64,000 bases of DNA from Epiperipatus broadwayi. Its lineage: Eukaryota; Animalia; Onychophora. Numbering within the stretch: the first letter of the stretch is position 1; every line of letters starts with the position of its first letter. Position numbers and translations under genes: made by a program. Where the stretch lies: positions 6,820,001 through 6,884,000 of the forward strand of contig JAQFVV010000010.1 in assembly GCA_028023455.1 (NCBI GenBank). Direction: 5' to 3'. The notes below the pieces were generated by a model, which worked only from the letters and a program-made list of their open reading frames with translations, did not search any database and was not told the DNA's origin. This document shows positions 1 through 14,599 of this stretch, one piece after another.

Positions 1-1845
1 TTACAAAATAATAAATGTAAAACAGTACTATTAATGTCTGTCAAATAATTGCCTCATCTTTATAGACAGCATTCTTAATTATATGAGTGAAATATTTTGT
101 GACTTTCTACTTTATCTATTCAGGTGCATATTTATCATTAATGAAGAAGCAGAATTAGAAAACATGTTTTATCACAAAACATTTTCCCAAAATATGGGGT
201 AAAGAAAAATTGATTGTTGTATTAATTTATATATCTAATTTTGAAGTTTTTATATGCCATAATTATTTACATAAGTCATGTATATCTAAGTGACTGCCAA
301 ATCATCATTTTGTTATCATGTATAAGAAAACAATGATGGCCAATTTTCAAATTTATCACAGAGATTTCGAAAGATGATTAGGTCACTATTTGTCTTGACT
401 GGTAAAATACTATTACATACATACAGTATATTAATATTTCCCTTGTTGGTTGACAGATCAAATTTCAAATATTTCACTAAATTGTCAGCATTTTTTCTTT
501 AAATTGAGTGTCTTTGTCAATTTTTTCTAATATAACTTTGCTGTTTAACATTTTAATGAATCTAAATATAAATACAAAATTAAAACTAATAATTTTAATT
601 TCTAAATATTTATGTAAATTTCTAATAAAAAAAAAAATGGAAAAAATTTTAAATGCTTTAATATTTTCCAGAAGAATAGTACATTTCTTATCACTTAATG
701 TATTTAAAAATAAAGTATTTCTAACAGTTTATCAAAAATGCTAAATTAGATTTTAATAAAAGGCATTTTCTTATTAAATAACTCATCAGTAAAATGAAGC
801 TGCTCAAATAAAACCTCTCAACAGATTGAATCCATACTCTAAGACATACAAATAACTACACCAAACAGTTAGTGATATGAGCTTATCTTACAATGAAAAT
901 GAAATTTTGTTCTATCTGTTATCCCCAAGCTTTAATAGCTCTCTTGACCTCATCCCACCAGGGAGACATATTAAAATACTCATCTACTTTATACAAAATT
1001 AAAACAATTTAATATTCTGAAAAAATATATAAGATTCATTTATTTTTTATAATTCTTATATAACTATTTAATCTGATTCTGCTATTAGCAATTAAATAAT
1101 TATAAAAACACATTGAAACAACAACAACAACAATAAAAACTATAACAATTACCTTCTCACAGAGTTGTTGATATTTTTCTTTGCCTTTAGAATTATCCTG
1201 TAACGTCTCTTTTTCACTGATAAGTTCCCTTCAATACAAAAAATATTTTCATAAATATTAAACCACATTTCGCAATTAAACAGATGAATAAGTATTTGTA
1301 ATATCAAATATAAGTAACACTTTTCAAATTCCATGTCATGGTCCATTTGTCGCTCATGAAATCCATTTTAAAGAGTTGCATTCAACTTTTTTTTTTAATA
1401 AAATAAAAATATTTTACTTGATAAAATCATATTTATTATTAAAAATATTATGTCATTACTTTAATTTATATGGAAAGAACACATACTTTGGTAAACATTT
1501 TTATTACATTTCCCAATGCATGGTAACCAGAGTATCTCTAAAATCTCTATTCCATTTTGGAAAATAAAATAAGTCTCTAATAAATATCTTTTGTCTGATT
1601 ACATGTATTTTTACCCACATTAGATAAAAAAAAGAAAAGAATATATATACAGCTAAAAATACTACTCATTCATTGAACTAAAAGGTTTACATCATATCAA
1701 GTGATAATTTAATCAAAAGGATATGTTGCAAGCATGAAAACTATTTTATCATCAATATATATATATTTTAAATTATTATCAATTGTCAATAAAATTCATC
1801 CCTTTTATAAATGTTTCCAAAGCATAACTACATATAATTAATTAC

Positions 1846-1967
1846 CTTAATTGTTCAATTAGATCTTTTCCTTGTAGTAAACATTCTCTGGTAAGTCGAC
1901 CAAATGGCATTGTGGAAATATCAATACCTGTGTACTGAGTTGCTTCTTTTAGCATTTCCAAATTACT
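1846..1967 (-). CDS. ANK-WGR PARP gene exon (SNLEMLKEATQYTGIDISTMPFGRLTRECLLQGKDLIEQL), PARP regulatory domain; gene continues beyond it
   Basis: tttcag/gtaatt splice sites; 122 nt, phase 0/2; MPFGRL resembles the PARP_reg MPLGKL motif. No catalytic-domain exon was seen in the window. Confidence 0.9.
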
Positions 1968-3699
1968 CTGAAATAAATAAATGCATACATACATTTACAT
2001 ATAGTTAATTTACAACACATGCATACATACGTAAAGGTTTAATGTCAATAATATATATAAAAAATTTGATTATTTATATCTATATACAATATTTCCTCTA
2101 AGCTACATACATGAATATCATTATACAAAATTAAATCAGTCTTCTGCACAATGTTATTCATGATTTGTTAATAGTGAGTGAATTTGTCATAATAGTGCAA
2201 TAATTTAACTTAAAATGCATGTTTTTGTACACAGATTTGTCAACAATTTGGAGAAAAAATAATACCAATAAAAGTGTAAAGAGATATATTTCCCCTTCCA
2301 TAGGTTACACTCAACAATGTGATCCTTCAGAAATACAAAACACTCCATCTTTTCTTCTTAGGTAATATCTATACCTATTTTTGTATTGATTACAAAATAC
2401 TAAAATCTGATTATATTTTATTTATAAACAATTAATATAAAAAAAAAATGCATTTTGTTTAGAAAGTTTTTTTCACACTCCTGCTTTCAGAAAGTTTGAA
2501 AAAACAAATTATCAGCCAAAAAATTATTATTTTTAATAGAATTATATTGCAACATATAGGGTTGTGAAGTATGCTGATGAAATAACTTGCTAATCTATGC
2601 CTAAAGTTAGTCTGTCAACAATAGGTGAGATGTTACATTTCAATGATTTACATTAAAGATTATTTATACGATAAAACTATTTATTAATAAGACGTATATT
2701 AACAGTCCTTTCTTGAGACTGTCACTTCTGATCTTATTTCAAACCTAGCCCCATTTTTAGTTTGCACACCCAGGTTTTATTGATGTATTGAAAACATGAT
2801 TCTGCCCTGTGAATGACCAAATATTTTCGTAGATGTAGAGGATATATGAAAAATATAGAGCATAATTGTGGTTAAAACACCTGTAGAGGTCCCTACTATC
2901 GCATTTTACACACATATTATCGAGGTTATAGCCTCAGTAAATATTACTTATGTAATCAATGTGCGTTTAATAAATTTATAAAGAATAAAATGTTAAATTA
3001 ATTTAACAGCAATATTTAATTAATTACATAAAATTACAACAAATTAAATAATTTAAGTTAATAATCTAAATATCACAAATTATATACATATATAAAATGA
3101 ATCGATGTATATCAATCAGTCCAAATACTGTTTGTTTAAATAAATAAAAAACAAAATACAGTAATTTAATTTTTACATTAACTTTCAATGAATAATTCTG
3201 AAGTACTGGTTTGATGTATATTAATCATCTGATCTTGAAAAAATAATATCCTGACCCAAAGGATAGTGATCATTGATACAATATATATATAGAAAAATTG
3301 TAAAAAGAAAACTAAAAATATTAATTAACATTTTAATCTTAAAGTTTAAAGATTTAAAATTAATAAAAATATTTTAGGTGTTTGAACAAATATAAAATAA
3401 GTATTATTTTTAAAGTCATAAATTTGTCTGTGCACCTACATATTTTTATCTATTTCTCTGAATAACATGAATTTTACTTGTTCTTGGCATAATTCTTTAA
3501 TTTGATGATTTGCATTTTATAAATCTTACCATGCCTCTTCTTTACTATATTTTTGGCAATGAAAATTGAGCAATAGTTTTAACTTCTCAAATGAACAGGA
3601 ATAGTTTATAGTTAATGAGAGTTTTCAAAAAAGATATTTACCTCTGTTCAGATCATCAGATCCTGAGACTACCAAGATTTACAATCAAAACACTTCTAC

Positions 3700-5300
3700 A
3701 TTGCTCAAGTATGGAATTCAGCCAAACATCCTGAGATGATTTGAATGACTGTTGAAATTATCATTAATATAGAAACTGAATAATGATACTTTTTCTAGTT
3801 TCTAGATGTTTTTGAATTAAAATAAATCTCATTTTCTGCTAGAATATTTTCCATTGGTCATTGCATTAGTGCAACTATGAAAATGTTTAACTTAGAATAA
3901 CTAGAATACTTTAATGAAGAATTTCTCAGCTCAGAAAACTTAGCAAAAACTGGAATTCAACTATTAAACCCAAGATCTGAAAAATCTCCTTCTTAAAAAC
4001 TATTCAATTAAAAAACAATGATCGTGTCCTGAAACAAACAACTTATCTTCTTAAATTTCTGATCATTATATCAACCCTTCAATCTTTTAATTTCTTTTTT
4101 AATAAATCTAATTTTATATAATTTTTTAAACACAAAATTAAATCGCCAGTTTATTTTTTTACTAATTTAAATTAATAATTTCAGTATTTTTTATTTAAAC
4201 ATATAATTGAATTATAAATTCATTTCCTGAATTCATTTAAGACTCAAATTTAAGCCTTTTATTTACTATTTAATATTTAGTTAATAATTTTGCTCCATCA
4301 ATATGGAACAATCTCTGATTACTTTCTTTCTTTCTTCCCCTTTTCTACAAATAAATAATATTCTAACTCCTTTTCACTAATGAAAGATTTCAAACAAATT
4401 ATTTCATCACTGAAATTATCTTAAACTCTTGCACATGTATAAAATCTAAGGTTTTTTTTTTAACTCTTTACAGACATAAAGCTCATTTATATATTTTATT
4501 TAAATAGGAAAAATCAACTTTGATGGCATATTTACTGTCTATAACTAAACTTACACATGGCTATGAGAAATATCCTTTGCAATATGTATACTTTAAACAA
4601 ATTCATGTTTCTTATTACTATTAGAATGCTTATTTTATTAAAATTAATCAACCTTCCAATTTCAATTGACCAACAATCTTCTTCAGAGCTATAAGATATA
4701 TATTAATACATGAATATACTAATAGTTTATCATGTATTTATATATCTTATAACTCTGAAAAAGATTGCTAGTCAATTGAAACTGTAAGGTTGATTAATTT
4801 TAATACATTATAACAATAATAAGAAAGGTGGATTTGTTTAATTTCTCATTTTATCACTGCATAAAGGATAAGATGATAATATGTATACTGATTTCTTTTC
4901 AGCTTCAATCATTCTGTGACTTTTATTTCAAATAATGTAAGATCCTTTAATGCACTATCATCTTTATTTCTTTATTCTACTACAACTTAGCACACATCCC
5001 TTTATCCCAGTGATGAAACTGTTTACATTATTTTTGACTAACAGTTTTCTGCTATTCCAAATATATGACTGTACTAGTTTCAATTTCTTCTGCAATAACA
5101 TGGATAATGTTCACCCAGGTTCTTATATTTTCAATATTTGCAATACTCTGACTGATTTCCAGATATTCATTCCCATCGATATCAAATTTTGTTTTTAAGA
5201 TTTTGCTTAATAATCACAAAATTACATTCATATGTGGAAATTGTAAAGAATATTATGGATTTTGGGCTTCCCCGCTCACTATTAGTAAAGGTTACATCAT
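3700..5300 (-). mobile_element. Decayed LINE-like remnant (possibly RTE clade); boundaries approximate
   Basis: Fragmentary reading frames with coding-like composition but many stops; no clean catalytic motif. Confidence 0.3.
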
Positions 5301-5768
5301 ATTGCAATCGTTTGTTTCAGCACATTGACATCATAATTTGGGACTATTTACCTTTTGACTAATACTAGTTATTATCCATTTAATGAACAAGAATAAATAG
5401 TTCAAAATATTCATGATTCATTTATTTGGACTCACTGCCTTAATTGGCTTTATTTTAAAACTGCAGAAACCGATGAATAAGCCAGACTGTAATTATATGT
5501 AAAATCAATAATTTTTATGTTTATATATATATTCTGTTTTTAATTTAGAAGATTTTTTATTATTATTGTGATTTATCATTCATCTAAAAAAAAATCAGTA
5601 TGAAAAAAAAAAAATATTACATATATTCCTTATTTGCCACATGTGAAACAAATACTTTTATTAAATGAAATTCTACAAAAATGATTACATAACAAATGTT
5701 ATGCTAGTTTAATCACAATGTTATGTTAAAAGAATTTCTTTAACGTTACATGAATCAAAATTCCAGTA

Positions 5769-7247
5769 CACCTGGGTCTCATTTTATGCGGTAGATAGGT
5801 TCCTCAGAAAACGCGCACAAAAGAAATCGCACAAAAATAGACTTACCTTACCTTGAAAAATGGGAGATACGTACTGTAATTTTCCAAAAATCACATAAAA
5901 GCAAAGCAACAATGTAAAATTACTTTAAAATTCACATAAAAAAAAAATTAGAAAATAAAATATGACTAATAAAAAATTTCAAATTTGAAAAAAATTGATA
6001 CAAGACAAACTTTTTTTACTTTTTTTTATTAACTACAGTATTTAATTTTATTCAAAACAATATATTTTTATGCGTAATTTACATTTTTTTCATACATGTA
6101 CGGTATTTTAATTATCGCTATTTGAGACATCACATTCGTCATGATGTGATGTGATGTGAGGTACTGTAGCTTCTCATTAAACGAAGTCAAGAGGAAATAC
6201 AACTAAAACGTTTTCCAATCGCTGTTGATCCTTCCCATTTCGCTAAGCGATCTAAAATTGATATTTTTGTTTCAAAAGAAATTCATTTTCTTGGGTGTTT
6301 TTTCCTCTCCATTAGGGTAAACTAAAAGTTTAAAATAAAAATAAGAACTTAGACTTACAATAATAAAGAGACATCGACTCACCGCTGTTGGGCAAAATTT
6401 AATTAAAACTAACAACAATTAAATTCTTATTTTTGTCTTTAATTTTTTACTTTTCAATTCCATTTAAAAATCAAATTTCATTGTTTCACAATCACATTAA
6501 TTTCAGATCACATTACGTAATTTTTAAATTGTTAATTACAATTAAAAATCAGATTTTAATTTTTAATTGTCAAATTTAATGTGCTCAACGCTGTTATTCA
6601 TCTTTTAAAAATAAACTTGCGGACACTAAATGATTAATTGATTATATACTTTTTTTTAAATAGCAAAAATAGAATGAGATTTAAAATGCAAAAACAACAA
6701 TATGCATAGTATAGGCATCTATAATGTTTGAACAGATTTACATTATAATCTTGTAAAATTTATTACTTGCAGACACTAAATGATTAATTGATTTTACTCT
6801 TTTTTTAAAAAGCAAAAATAGAACATGATTTAAAATGCAAAAACATCAACATACACAGTGTAGGCATCTATAACGTTTGAACAGATTTACGTTATAATCT
6901 TGTCAAATTTAATGTGTGTATATAAATAAAGTGGGGAAATCCTGATTTTAAGTGAATTATGAACTTCTTTATTGCATAAATCTATTACAGTACTATTATA
7001 AAGTGCTGAAAATATTGAAATTATTAGATGGAAGTCGAACTCCGATAATGCGCTATTACTTTAAATATGATATGAGTGTGCAAAATTTATAATATTTAAA
7101 GTAATAGCGCATTATCAGAGCTCGACTTCTGATCTAATAATTTTTATCGCATAAAAGAAAACCGCATACAAAGATATTAAGAAGAAACATGAATCACATA
7201 ACTTCAAAATCGCATTAAATAAATCTGCATAAAACGAGACCTGGGTG
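5769..7247. mobile_element. pogo/Tigger-like (Tc1/mariner) MITE, copy 1
   Basis: TIR cacctgggtctcattttatgc / gcataaaacgagacctgggtg flanked by TA on both sides; internal 150-bp tandem duplication at 6615-6912; homologous to the copies at 36922 and 49135. Confidence 0.85.
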
Positions 7248-8138
7248 TATTTTGAAATAACTACTGTTATACAAAATTTATATGTATAACATGAGCATTC
7301 ACTGTATATACTATATACAGACATTAAAATCCTGGTATTGTCAATCTCAAGATAAGGAATTAACTCACTCAGAATGATAAATACATATTTCTTTTGTTAT
7401 TTTATACTTCAAAGATTGCACTAAATTTGAGAATTATTTATTGAAATAAAAAAAAAATTAAAAAAAAAAATTTATGTCATCTACCTATATAAATAAGTTA
7501 TTCTATTTCCTTTTTTCCACAAGATGAATTTTTTTAAATCAGATGCAAAATATAGATGTTTTTAATAAAGCTAGATAAACATTTCAACATATCACAAGAG
7601 ATATTCACATAAGAATTGATGACTATAGTGACTTTAGTATGATGTATTTCAAATTTTTATCTATATACAGGAAACTGTTTATATAATTGTGGATTTTCAT
7701 TAAGTCTGGTTCATGGAAATAGAAGAGTGCTTGTATATTTTTTTGTCTTTAATCTCCTTTTTAGTTTATTTTTCTTTCTTTTGCAAACAAAAAAAAATCC
7801 ATATTTTGTATCATTTTAGGCAAAGTATATAAAAATGTCTGTGAAAATGTATGCCAATCACCTGTTGTAAAATTATGAAATTCCTCACATGTTTTTAATT
7901 CATTAATATTTCAATAATTATTTAAAATTTAATTTAATCTAAAGACTATTAAAATAATCAATTTGATCATCCTAAAAATGCTGTCACATACAATTATTTC
8001 AAAATAGAACTAGAAATATGTTTTCCAATTCTCTAAATATTTAGAAATATTGGCAACAATATCTTTTCCAAAATTGTATCAAGTAAATTCACTTTTGAAA
8101 ACATACAGTTATAATATTCTAAAATTGTAAATATTTAC

Positions 8139-8280
8139 CAATTTTTTAATTAAAGTTTGGAGATGTAGAGGTAATTTGGATGTCATATTGGTTTCTAAAT
8201 TAATATCAACATCACAGAGCTTTTTATGCTTAAATTTTTCTGTCTTGATTAATCGATACTTTCCTGGTAAATCTGAAAAC
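8139..8280 (-). CDS. ANK-WGR PARP gene exon (FSDLPGKYRLIKTEKFKHKKLCDVDINLETNMTSKLPLHLQTLIKKL)
   Basis: ctttag/gtaaat splice sites; 142 nt, phase 2/0; PGKY ends the WGR domain and SKLP..Q.LI begins the PARP regulatory domain. Confidence 0.9.
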
Positions 8281-8680
8281 CTAAAGAAAATAAAATAAAA
8301 AACATATACAAAATATTGTTATCCATTAACATTTTTTTCTTATATATAAAAGTACACTTAATAATTTCAATTAATTCTTCAAATAAAAGTAATGTTATAA
8401 CAATCAGACTACTATGAAAAAAAGATATGGCATAAGATGCAGTAATAAAAAAAAAAATTAATAGGATTCTGATTGAAAAACTAGAATACAGTTAAGTTCT
8501 AATTCAGAAATCTTTAGCTGTGAGTCTGACATTCTACAACTATTAAATCACACTAAGATAATAAACACCTATGGAGATTCTTGCAATGACAACCAAATGC
8601 AGTTTTATAATAATTAATGAGCGAGCACTCCTGAGATTGAGTTCATCAAGGAAGCATTCACATTTCTTATAGGCATAATT

Positions 8681-9266
8681 AAGCCAATAAGCTAATGCGC
8701 ATGCGCTTTGTAGATGTCACTATATAAATGAATACTCCCACTTTTTCAAACACAAGATAAAGTCTTTGGGAAAACATAGAATGAATCCATCTATCTTTTC
8801 GACCCAAGCGTATATGTATGAGCAAATCTTAAGTGTTTGAAAATGAGAGCGTGAAGTTGTTACTTGATCACTTTAAATTACTTTTTTACTACGTGAATGA
8901 AACATCGCGCTATATCAAATAAATGTCTTGTTTACATATGCTTAATTTAATAAGAATGACGTATCGTAAATTCTAGAAATTTCAAAAGCATCATTCATTC
9001 ACGTAGTAAAAAAGTAATTTAAAGTGATCAATTAACAACTTCACGCTCTCATTTTCAAACACTTAAGATTTGCCCATACATATATGCTTGGGTCGAAAAG
9101 ATAGATGGATTCATTCTATCTTTTCCCAAAGACTTTATCTTGTTTGAAAAAGTGGGAGTATTCATTTATATAGTGACATCTACAAAGCGCATGTGCATTA
9201 TCTTATTGGCTTATTTGTATTACAGTTTATAAAAACATCGCGCTATATCAAATAAATGTCTTGTTT
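8681..9266. repeat. Foldback: ~220-bp inverted arms (8681-8900 / 8995-9212) plus a ~34-bp direct repeat (8900 / 9233)
   Basis: Arms align directly with only a few substitutions; aaacatcgcgctatatcaaataaatgtcttgttta occurs twice. Confidence 0.9.
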
Positions 9267-11488
9267 ATATAGGCATAATTGAAATATTAAAAGCATGAGT
9301 CCATAAATTATTCTGCTAGAAATATTATCATTTAAAAAAAGACATCAATATGGTTAATAAAATTTCATTCATGCATCATCAAACTGTCAACATGACAGCA
9401 ATGCATATAAAGATGATTACTGCCTCCATAAAAGGACATTTGGGTAAATAGGAAAAAATTCCTTATAAATAACTGATTAATTAGTTTTTTGATTATGATA
9501 TCATCAAGACACAGAATCAATATCAACTTTGATAAGAAGCATAATATGACCATTTTATCATCACATAACTTTTCTACTAAGTTTAAATTCTCATTGCAAA
9601 AATAATGACAATTTCCTAATTAACATTAACACTCTTCAGTCACCATGCAATTCATGATATGTCTGTTGACACCACTAAAGCTTGTCAAATATTTTTAACA
9701 ATAACTTGTGGATCTGTCATTACCTTGTAACAAATATGCCAATTTGCTAAGCTGAGTGGATGAATAAATATACCACAAATTAAGTGTCGACCTGTAATGA
9801 CAATTTAACTAACTGATTTGTATTCTGAAACAATTAGGAGTTGAGATTTCTATGATCCTGTTTCTGCAATACATTCCAATTATCAACAAGGTTGACAACA
9901 AGCTTTATAGATACTTTGGTTCACTGATATTTATCATTAAACTCTTCCCTATGTTGTTTTGTTTAACATGAAACAGACGGCTAGATAACTTTTTTAAACT
10001 GTGTTTTTTTGTGATTGTCTGCTAATTTTGATGATTGATATATTTAAACTATTGACTCATCTCTATTGATAGGCACGCTTTTTTGTTATGATAAATAATT
10101 ATTTATATGATAATGTAGTTAAAAATAACTTTTTCAACTATATAGATTTGTAAACAGTTGCTCTAAATTTTAACTTCCTCCAGCACCATAAATTAGTAAT
10201 GGTGATCTTGTGATGCATAGACACATGTATATATATTCAAAAATACAAGAAGATAAAACAGTGTTTATAAAATAACCTACTGCAGATCAAACCAACAAAT
10301 TCAGAAATGGGGAGAAAAACAATGAAAGATAAGACATCATTCAACAGGTTTCCAACTGCTGAGTAATTCAGAATGTATTGCTTATTAAATAATATTTTTA
10401 GTTTCAGAATTACATATTTTTATTTAAAAAAAATAAAATAATAAACCTTTGTAGATATATATATATTAGAGCCTGAAAATTATGAAGTCTGAGTATGTCT
10501 TTTAAGCAAAGGAATTATGTGATATATCTTGAAAATATGAAGTATTAAAAAAAAAGTAATATGGAAAAAAAGTTGAGTGGGGAAAAGAAATAATTAGAGT
10601 ATTTAAAAAATAGAACAAAAAATGGCTTCAAGAAAATGTTCTGATAGGGGTGTGTGAAGTATGAACTAATGGATAACTAATGACAATATTTCAAGATTAT
10701 TATTATTTTGCTTCCAAAGATCTAGAAAAATTAGAAAAATTCATAAAATGGAAATGGAAATGAAAAAATAAATTTCTTACCCAATTTGCATATTGACAAA
10801 AGAAAAAGAAACCAATACTATATCACACTTTTTTATATCAACATTTTTATTTAGTAGTGTATTAAAATGAATGAAATCAATGGCAAGTATTGTCATCATT
10901 GTTTAATAACACCTAATTAAATATATAGCACTGCTTGCTTCCATTTACGAATACATCTTGCTCTTTTAAATTAACAAATAATTTTTATTAACATTGAGAA
11001 ATGTTCAGCAATTTCTATTTTTCTATGAATTATCAAGGATTGATTAAGCTATTATTTTTTTAACAATATAATTTATATAATACTTTTAAACTTTATCATA
11101 CTTTATTAATACATTTTGGATATTGACATGAATGTACATTTTCATAATATTCACCTCTTATTTATCATCTTTCCTTCTCCATCATCCTTTCTAAGCATTA
11201 TACCATAAAATAGTTTCAAATCAATCATTTCTACTTGAAACATGACTTTAAGATAAATTGGATTAAAATATTCATTTTCCTTTCTGTTTGTGATATTCTC
11301 AAAAGTCTTAATCAGATCTTTTTTCTCAAGGTTCAATTTTTAGATCAGTAAAGTTTCAGAAAATATGATAGCTTTCATAATTCTGATCTTTGTTTTATTT
11401 TAAATACATGTCCTACAAACTAATTCATTATTTACTGACAAAACATATACGAATTTGCAATAAAAAAATACAATAATAAAATACTTAC

Positions 11489-11658
11489 GATTTTATATTC
11501 TGCCAGTCATTACCAGATTTTGCTTTAAATATTTTTTGAAATTCTTTAATAGCTTCGGCCATTGATGGGAAAGGGGTGACTTGATGTTGACCTTGGTCTT
11601 GCATTCGACCCCAATTATTGAACAAAAAATATAAATCCTTGCCCTTTTGATGAATGAT
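11489..11658 (-). CDS. ANK-WGR PARP gene exon (IIHQKGKDLYFLFNNWGRMQDQGQHQVTPFPSMAEAIKEFQKIFKAKSGNDWQNIK), WGR core
   Basis: ttttag/gtaagt splice sites; 170 nt, phase 0/2; literal WGR motif and F.K.F..KSGN.W motif. Confidence 0.93.
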
Positions 11659-14599
11659 CTAAAAAAAATTAAATAATTGTGATTAATATGTATTGTGAGG
11701 TGACTCACAATCTAACCCAAAATAACCTATAACTACCCATATTACTAAGATATGCCCTTTTTAAAACTTGGGTTTAATTTAATTTATAAGTTTTGTTAAA
11801 GTATACATATATGCACTATTTATATTCACTTTAGGATTATTTATATATATATACACGCGATGTATTTTTTGTTACATAAAAATAATAAAAGTATAAAATC
11901 GCAAGAAACTAATTTTTTTTTTTTTTTAACAAACAAATTCTCGATTAATGAAAATAAGCAAGATTTAAACCTTTAAAAAAATAAAATAGTACATATATAT
12001 AAACAATAATAACCTTGTTATTATTGTCTTGTACGTTACTATCCAAACAGTATAATAACGTAGACTGGAATTGTTTAACCTTGATGAGGACTTATGTCAA
12101 GTAATGATTGCTAAGCAACCCAATATGAGAAAGAAATAATATTTTTATTGTATTTTTTTTTTTTTTAAAATTGATTATCATTAATATAATCTGCTACCAC
12201 AATGAATAACTATGGCAATAAAAAATGAAATGAAAGGATTGATATATATACAAGACAATGGAAATCACACTGAATATAAAGAAGTCAATATCTTCAGAAA
12301 AGAATTTCGAATACTGTATAATGGAAGTTTCGTTCTAAAAAGATTCGCTTTTCCAGATGTGACTATTCATATAGAACTGCTATAATTTCAAGAGATAATG
12401 ATAATAAAAAAAGAATAAATTCGCACAGTTTAATAAAACTAGAAAATTGTTTTAGCTTATAAAAAAAAAAAAGAACAAAGCAACAATTCTATTTGAATAT
12501 GGATGAAAGAAAAAAATATATAGCTAATTGTTAAAGAAAAGGAATGGAATAATTTACCTTGCATGAAGAATTCATTAGTTATAAACAGCAATTATTTTAA
12601 AAGTTTATATATGCGATGAAGTGAGACATAATGCACTTAGGCTAATGCATAATGTTGTGGGATTGACCACCAGAAACCTAACCATGAAAGCTTAATATCT
12701 TTGTTTGCCTATTCATAAACTGCCTGATAAAAAGTAGATTTTGTCCAACATTAAATGCTTGAATGTGGACCAGTATAAAGGCCAAGGAATGACTGATGTG
12801 GAGCTGTTTTCAGTATGTAACACAGAAGCATCAACAATCGATGGATATATTAATCAAGAAGGACTGTTCACAAAGCATGGAATATATGAAGGACATTATC
12901 AACTCTGAACTCTAGCTAAATTGATTTGATGAAGTTTGATGATTTTTTTTAATACGTATTTTAATTTTGTAAATATCTCTGTATTTCTTTTTTTTTTATT
13001 ATTTCATTCATCACATTCGGAGGCATAGATTTCTATAATTTAGATTTTTGGAATAGTTCACTTTAAGAGAAAGCAGAAAGAAGAGAGGGAAATGGTTAAG
13101 TTCAGTTAAATTTTCTTTTTTTATAAATAAAATTTAAGTTAAAGCACCTCTTTCTTAGTGGTTTGATATTTGATCATCATCATCCTAGTATGGAATGAGA
13201 GATTTTTGATTCTCACACATTAAACACAACCACTAAAACAGAACAGAATTTATGTTATATCGTTATGTGTTAATTAACAATTGTTTACATTATTTCTGTG
13301 AAAATGACTAAATTCCTTGAATGAATGGTCTATTCTATGACAATAGGGATTATTATAGATTTTTTTGAAGGGAGACCCTCAAAGAGATCAAGCACCAACA
13401 ACTGAATTCGAACCACGATGCTAATCTGAATACTGTCAAAAGGAAGATCTAAATTAGGTAGTCAGATTCATATGTGCTAAACCAATTTTTTTTTTTTTAT
13501 TTTTTTTTAAAACTTTGTATATGATAAGTGTCTTGGATATGAATTTCTGCCAAGGAAATTATGAGTAATGAAACGTGAATTTATTAAATATTGATTTGGT
13601 AGATATCCATTATTGACACACACTATTGTATTTTTTTTTTTGTATATATATATTGTAAAATATTTTGGATTTATTTATTTTTGCGTAAATTAAATATTAT
13701 TCAATTTGTTCACTATAATTTATTTAAACCAACTCCATATACAAACATGCCACCGTTGCATAATAATGTTAGGAATGATTTGGGAATACATCTCCTTAGT
13801 TATGACTTATATAAAGGTACAGTAGCTATCAGTCTGCATAAGTGCATCCCTGTTAAAAGAGTCAAAGGCAAATTCTCTCTGGGTTTGAACTCTAGGGCAT
13901 AACAGAACCAAGAAGAGGGGTGAGGTGTGAATGAACTAACCAAAATTGCATCTAAATTTAATGAACGAACATTGAGCTAGTCTATTGGACATGGGTGCAA
14001 TCATAGGTCAAGTACTTTATTGTGTTATCTCCAGCATCCTACCTGAAGACTCAAAGTCCAACTGTAGTCAAATGTGTTCTCCCTTCACTTCTCTTGTCTT
14101 TGCTTTCTCCGGACCATTACAGTATCAATATTTATTATGCAATAAATAGTTGATCTAAACTATCATTTAAGTATGAGTTAATGTAAAGTTTATCAATCGT
14201 AAATAAATTGTATATTGTGTGAAAGTGATTGAAGAAAAAGTGGAATGTTTTTTTCAATATTTTACACTTTTCTGAAGAAGTATATCATTTCATAAAACAT
14301 TCACAATAAAACAATTCTAACTTGATTATTGTTTTTATTTTAATGATATGCCAAACAAATTAATTATTTAAATACTATATAAATCAAGAAAAAAATTGCA
14401 GTAAAATACACAAATACATATAATTTAATATATTTATACTCATTAAGAGATTTGGTTTTAATTTTTTTTTTCTAATTATTTAATACTTTAATCATTGATA
14501 GGAAAGAAGTAATATTATCTTTTCAGTACAAATTATGATGAAAAAATTAGATTTATATATAACTTAAGTATACAATTATAAAAATTAACTCTATCTTTA

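Noticed and set aside
765-795. Minus-strand CTGATGA-g-ttatttaataa-GAAA
   Set aside because: Only a weak AT stem II and no compatible NUH/stem I; expected by chance in AT-rich DNA.
508-1567. Short AT-rich ORFs (508..744, 1149..1346, 1376..1567) and similar ORFs elsewhere
   Set aside because: Low-complexity I/L/F/K/N composition typical of chance ORFs in AT-rich introns; none fits as the next PARP exon.
13370-13460. GGTTCGAATTC B-box on the minus strand as a tRNA gene
   Set aside because: No A-box or cloverleaf; at most a decayed SINE.
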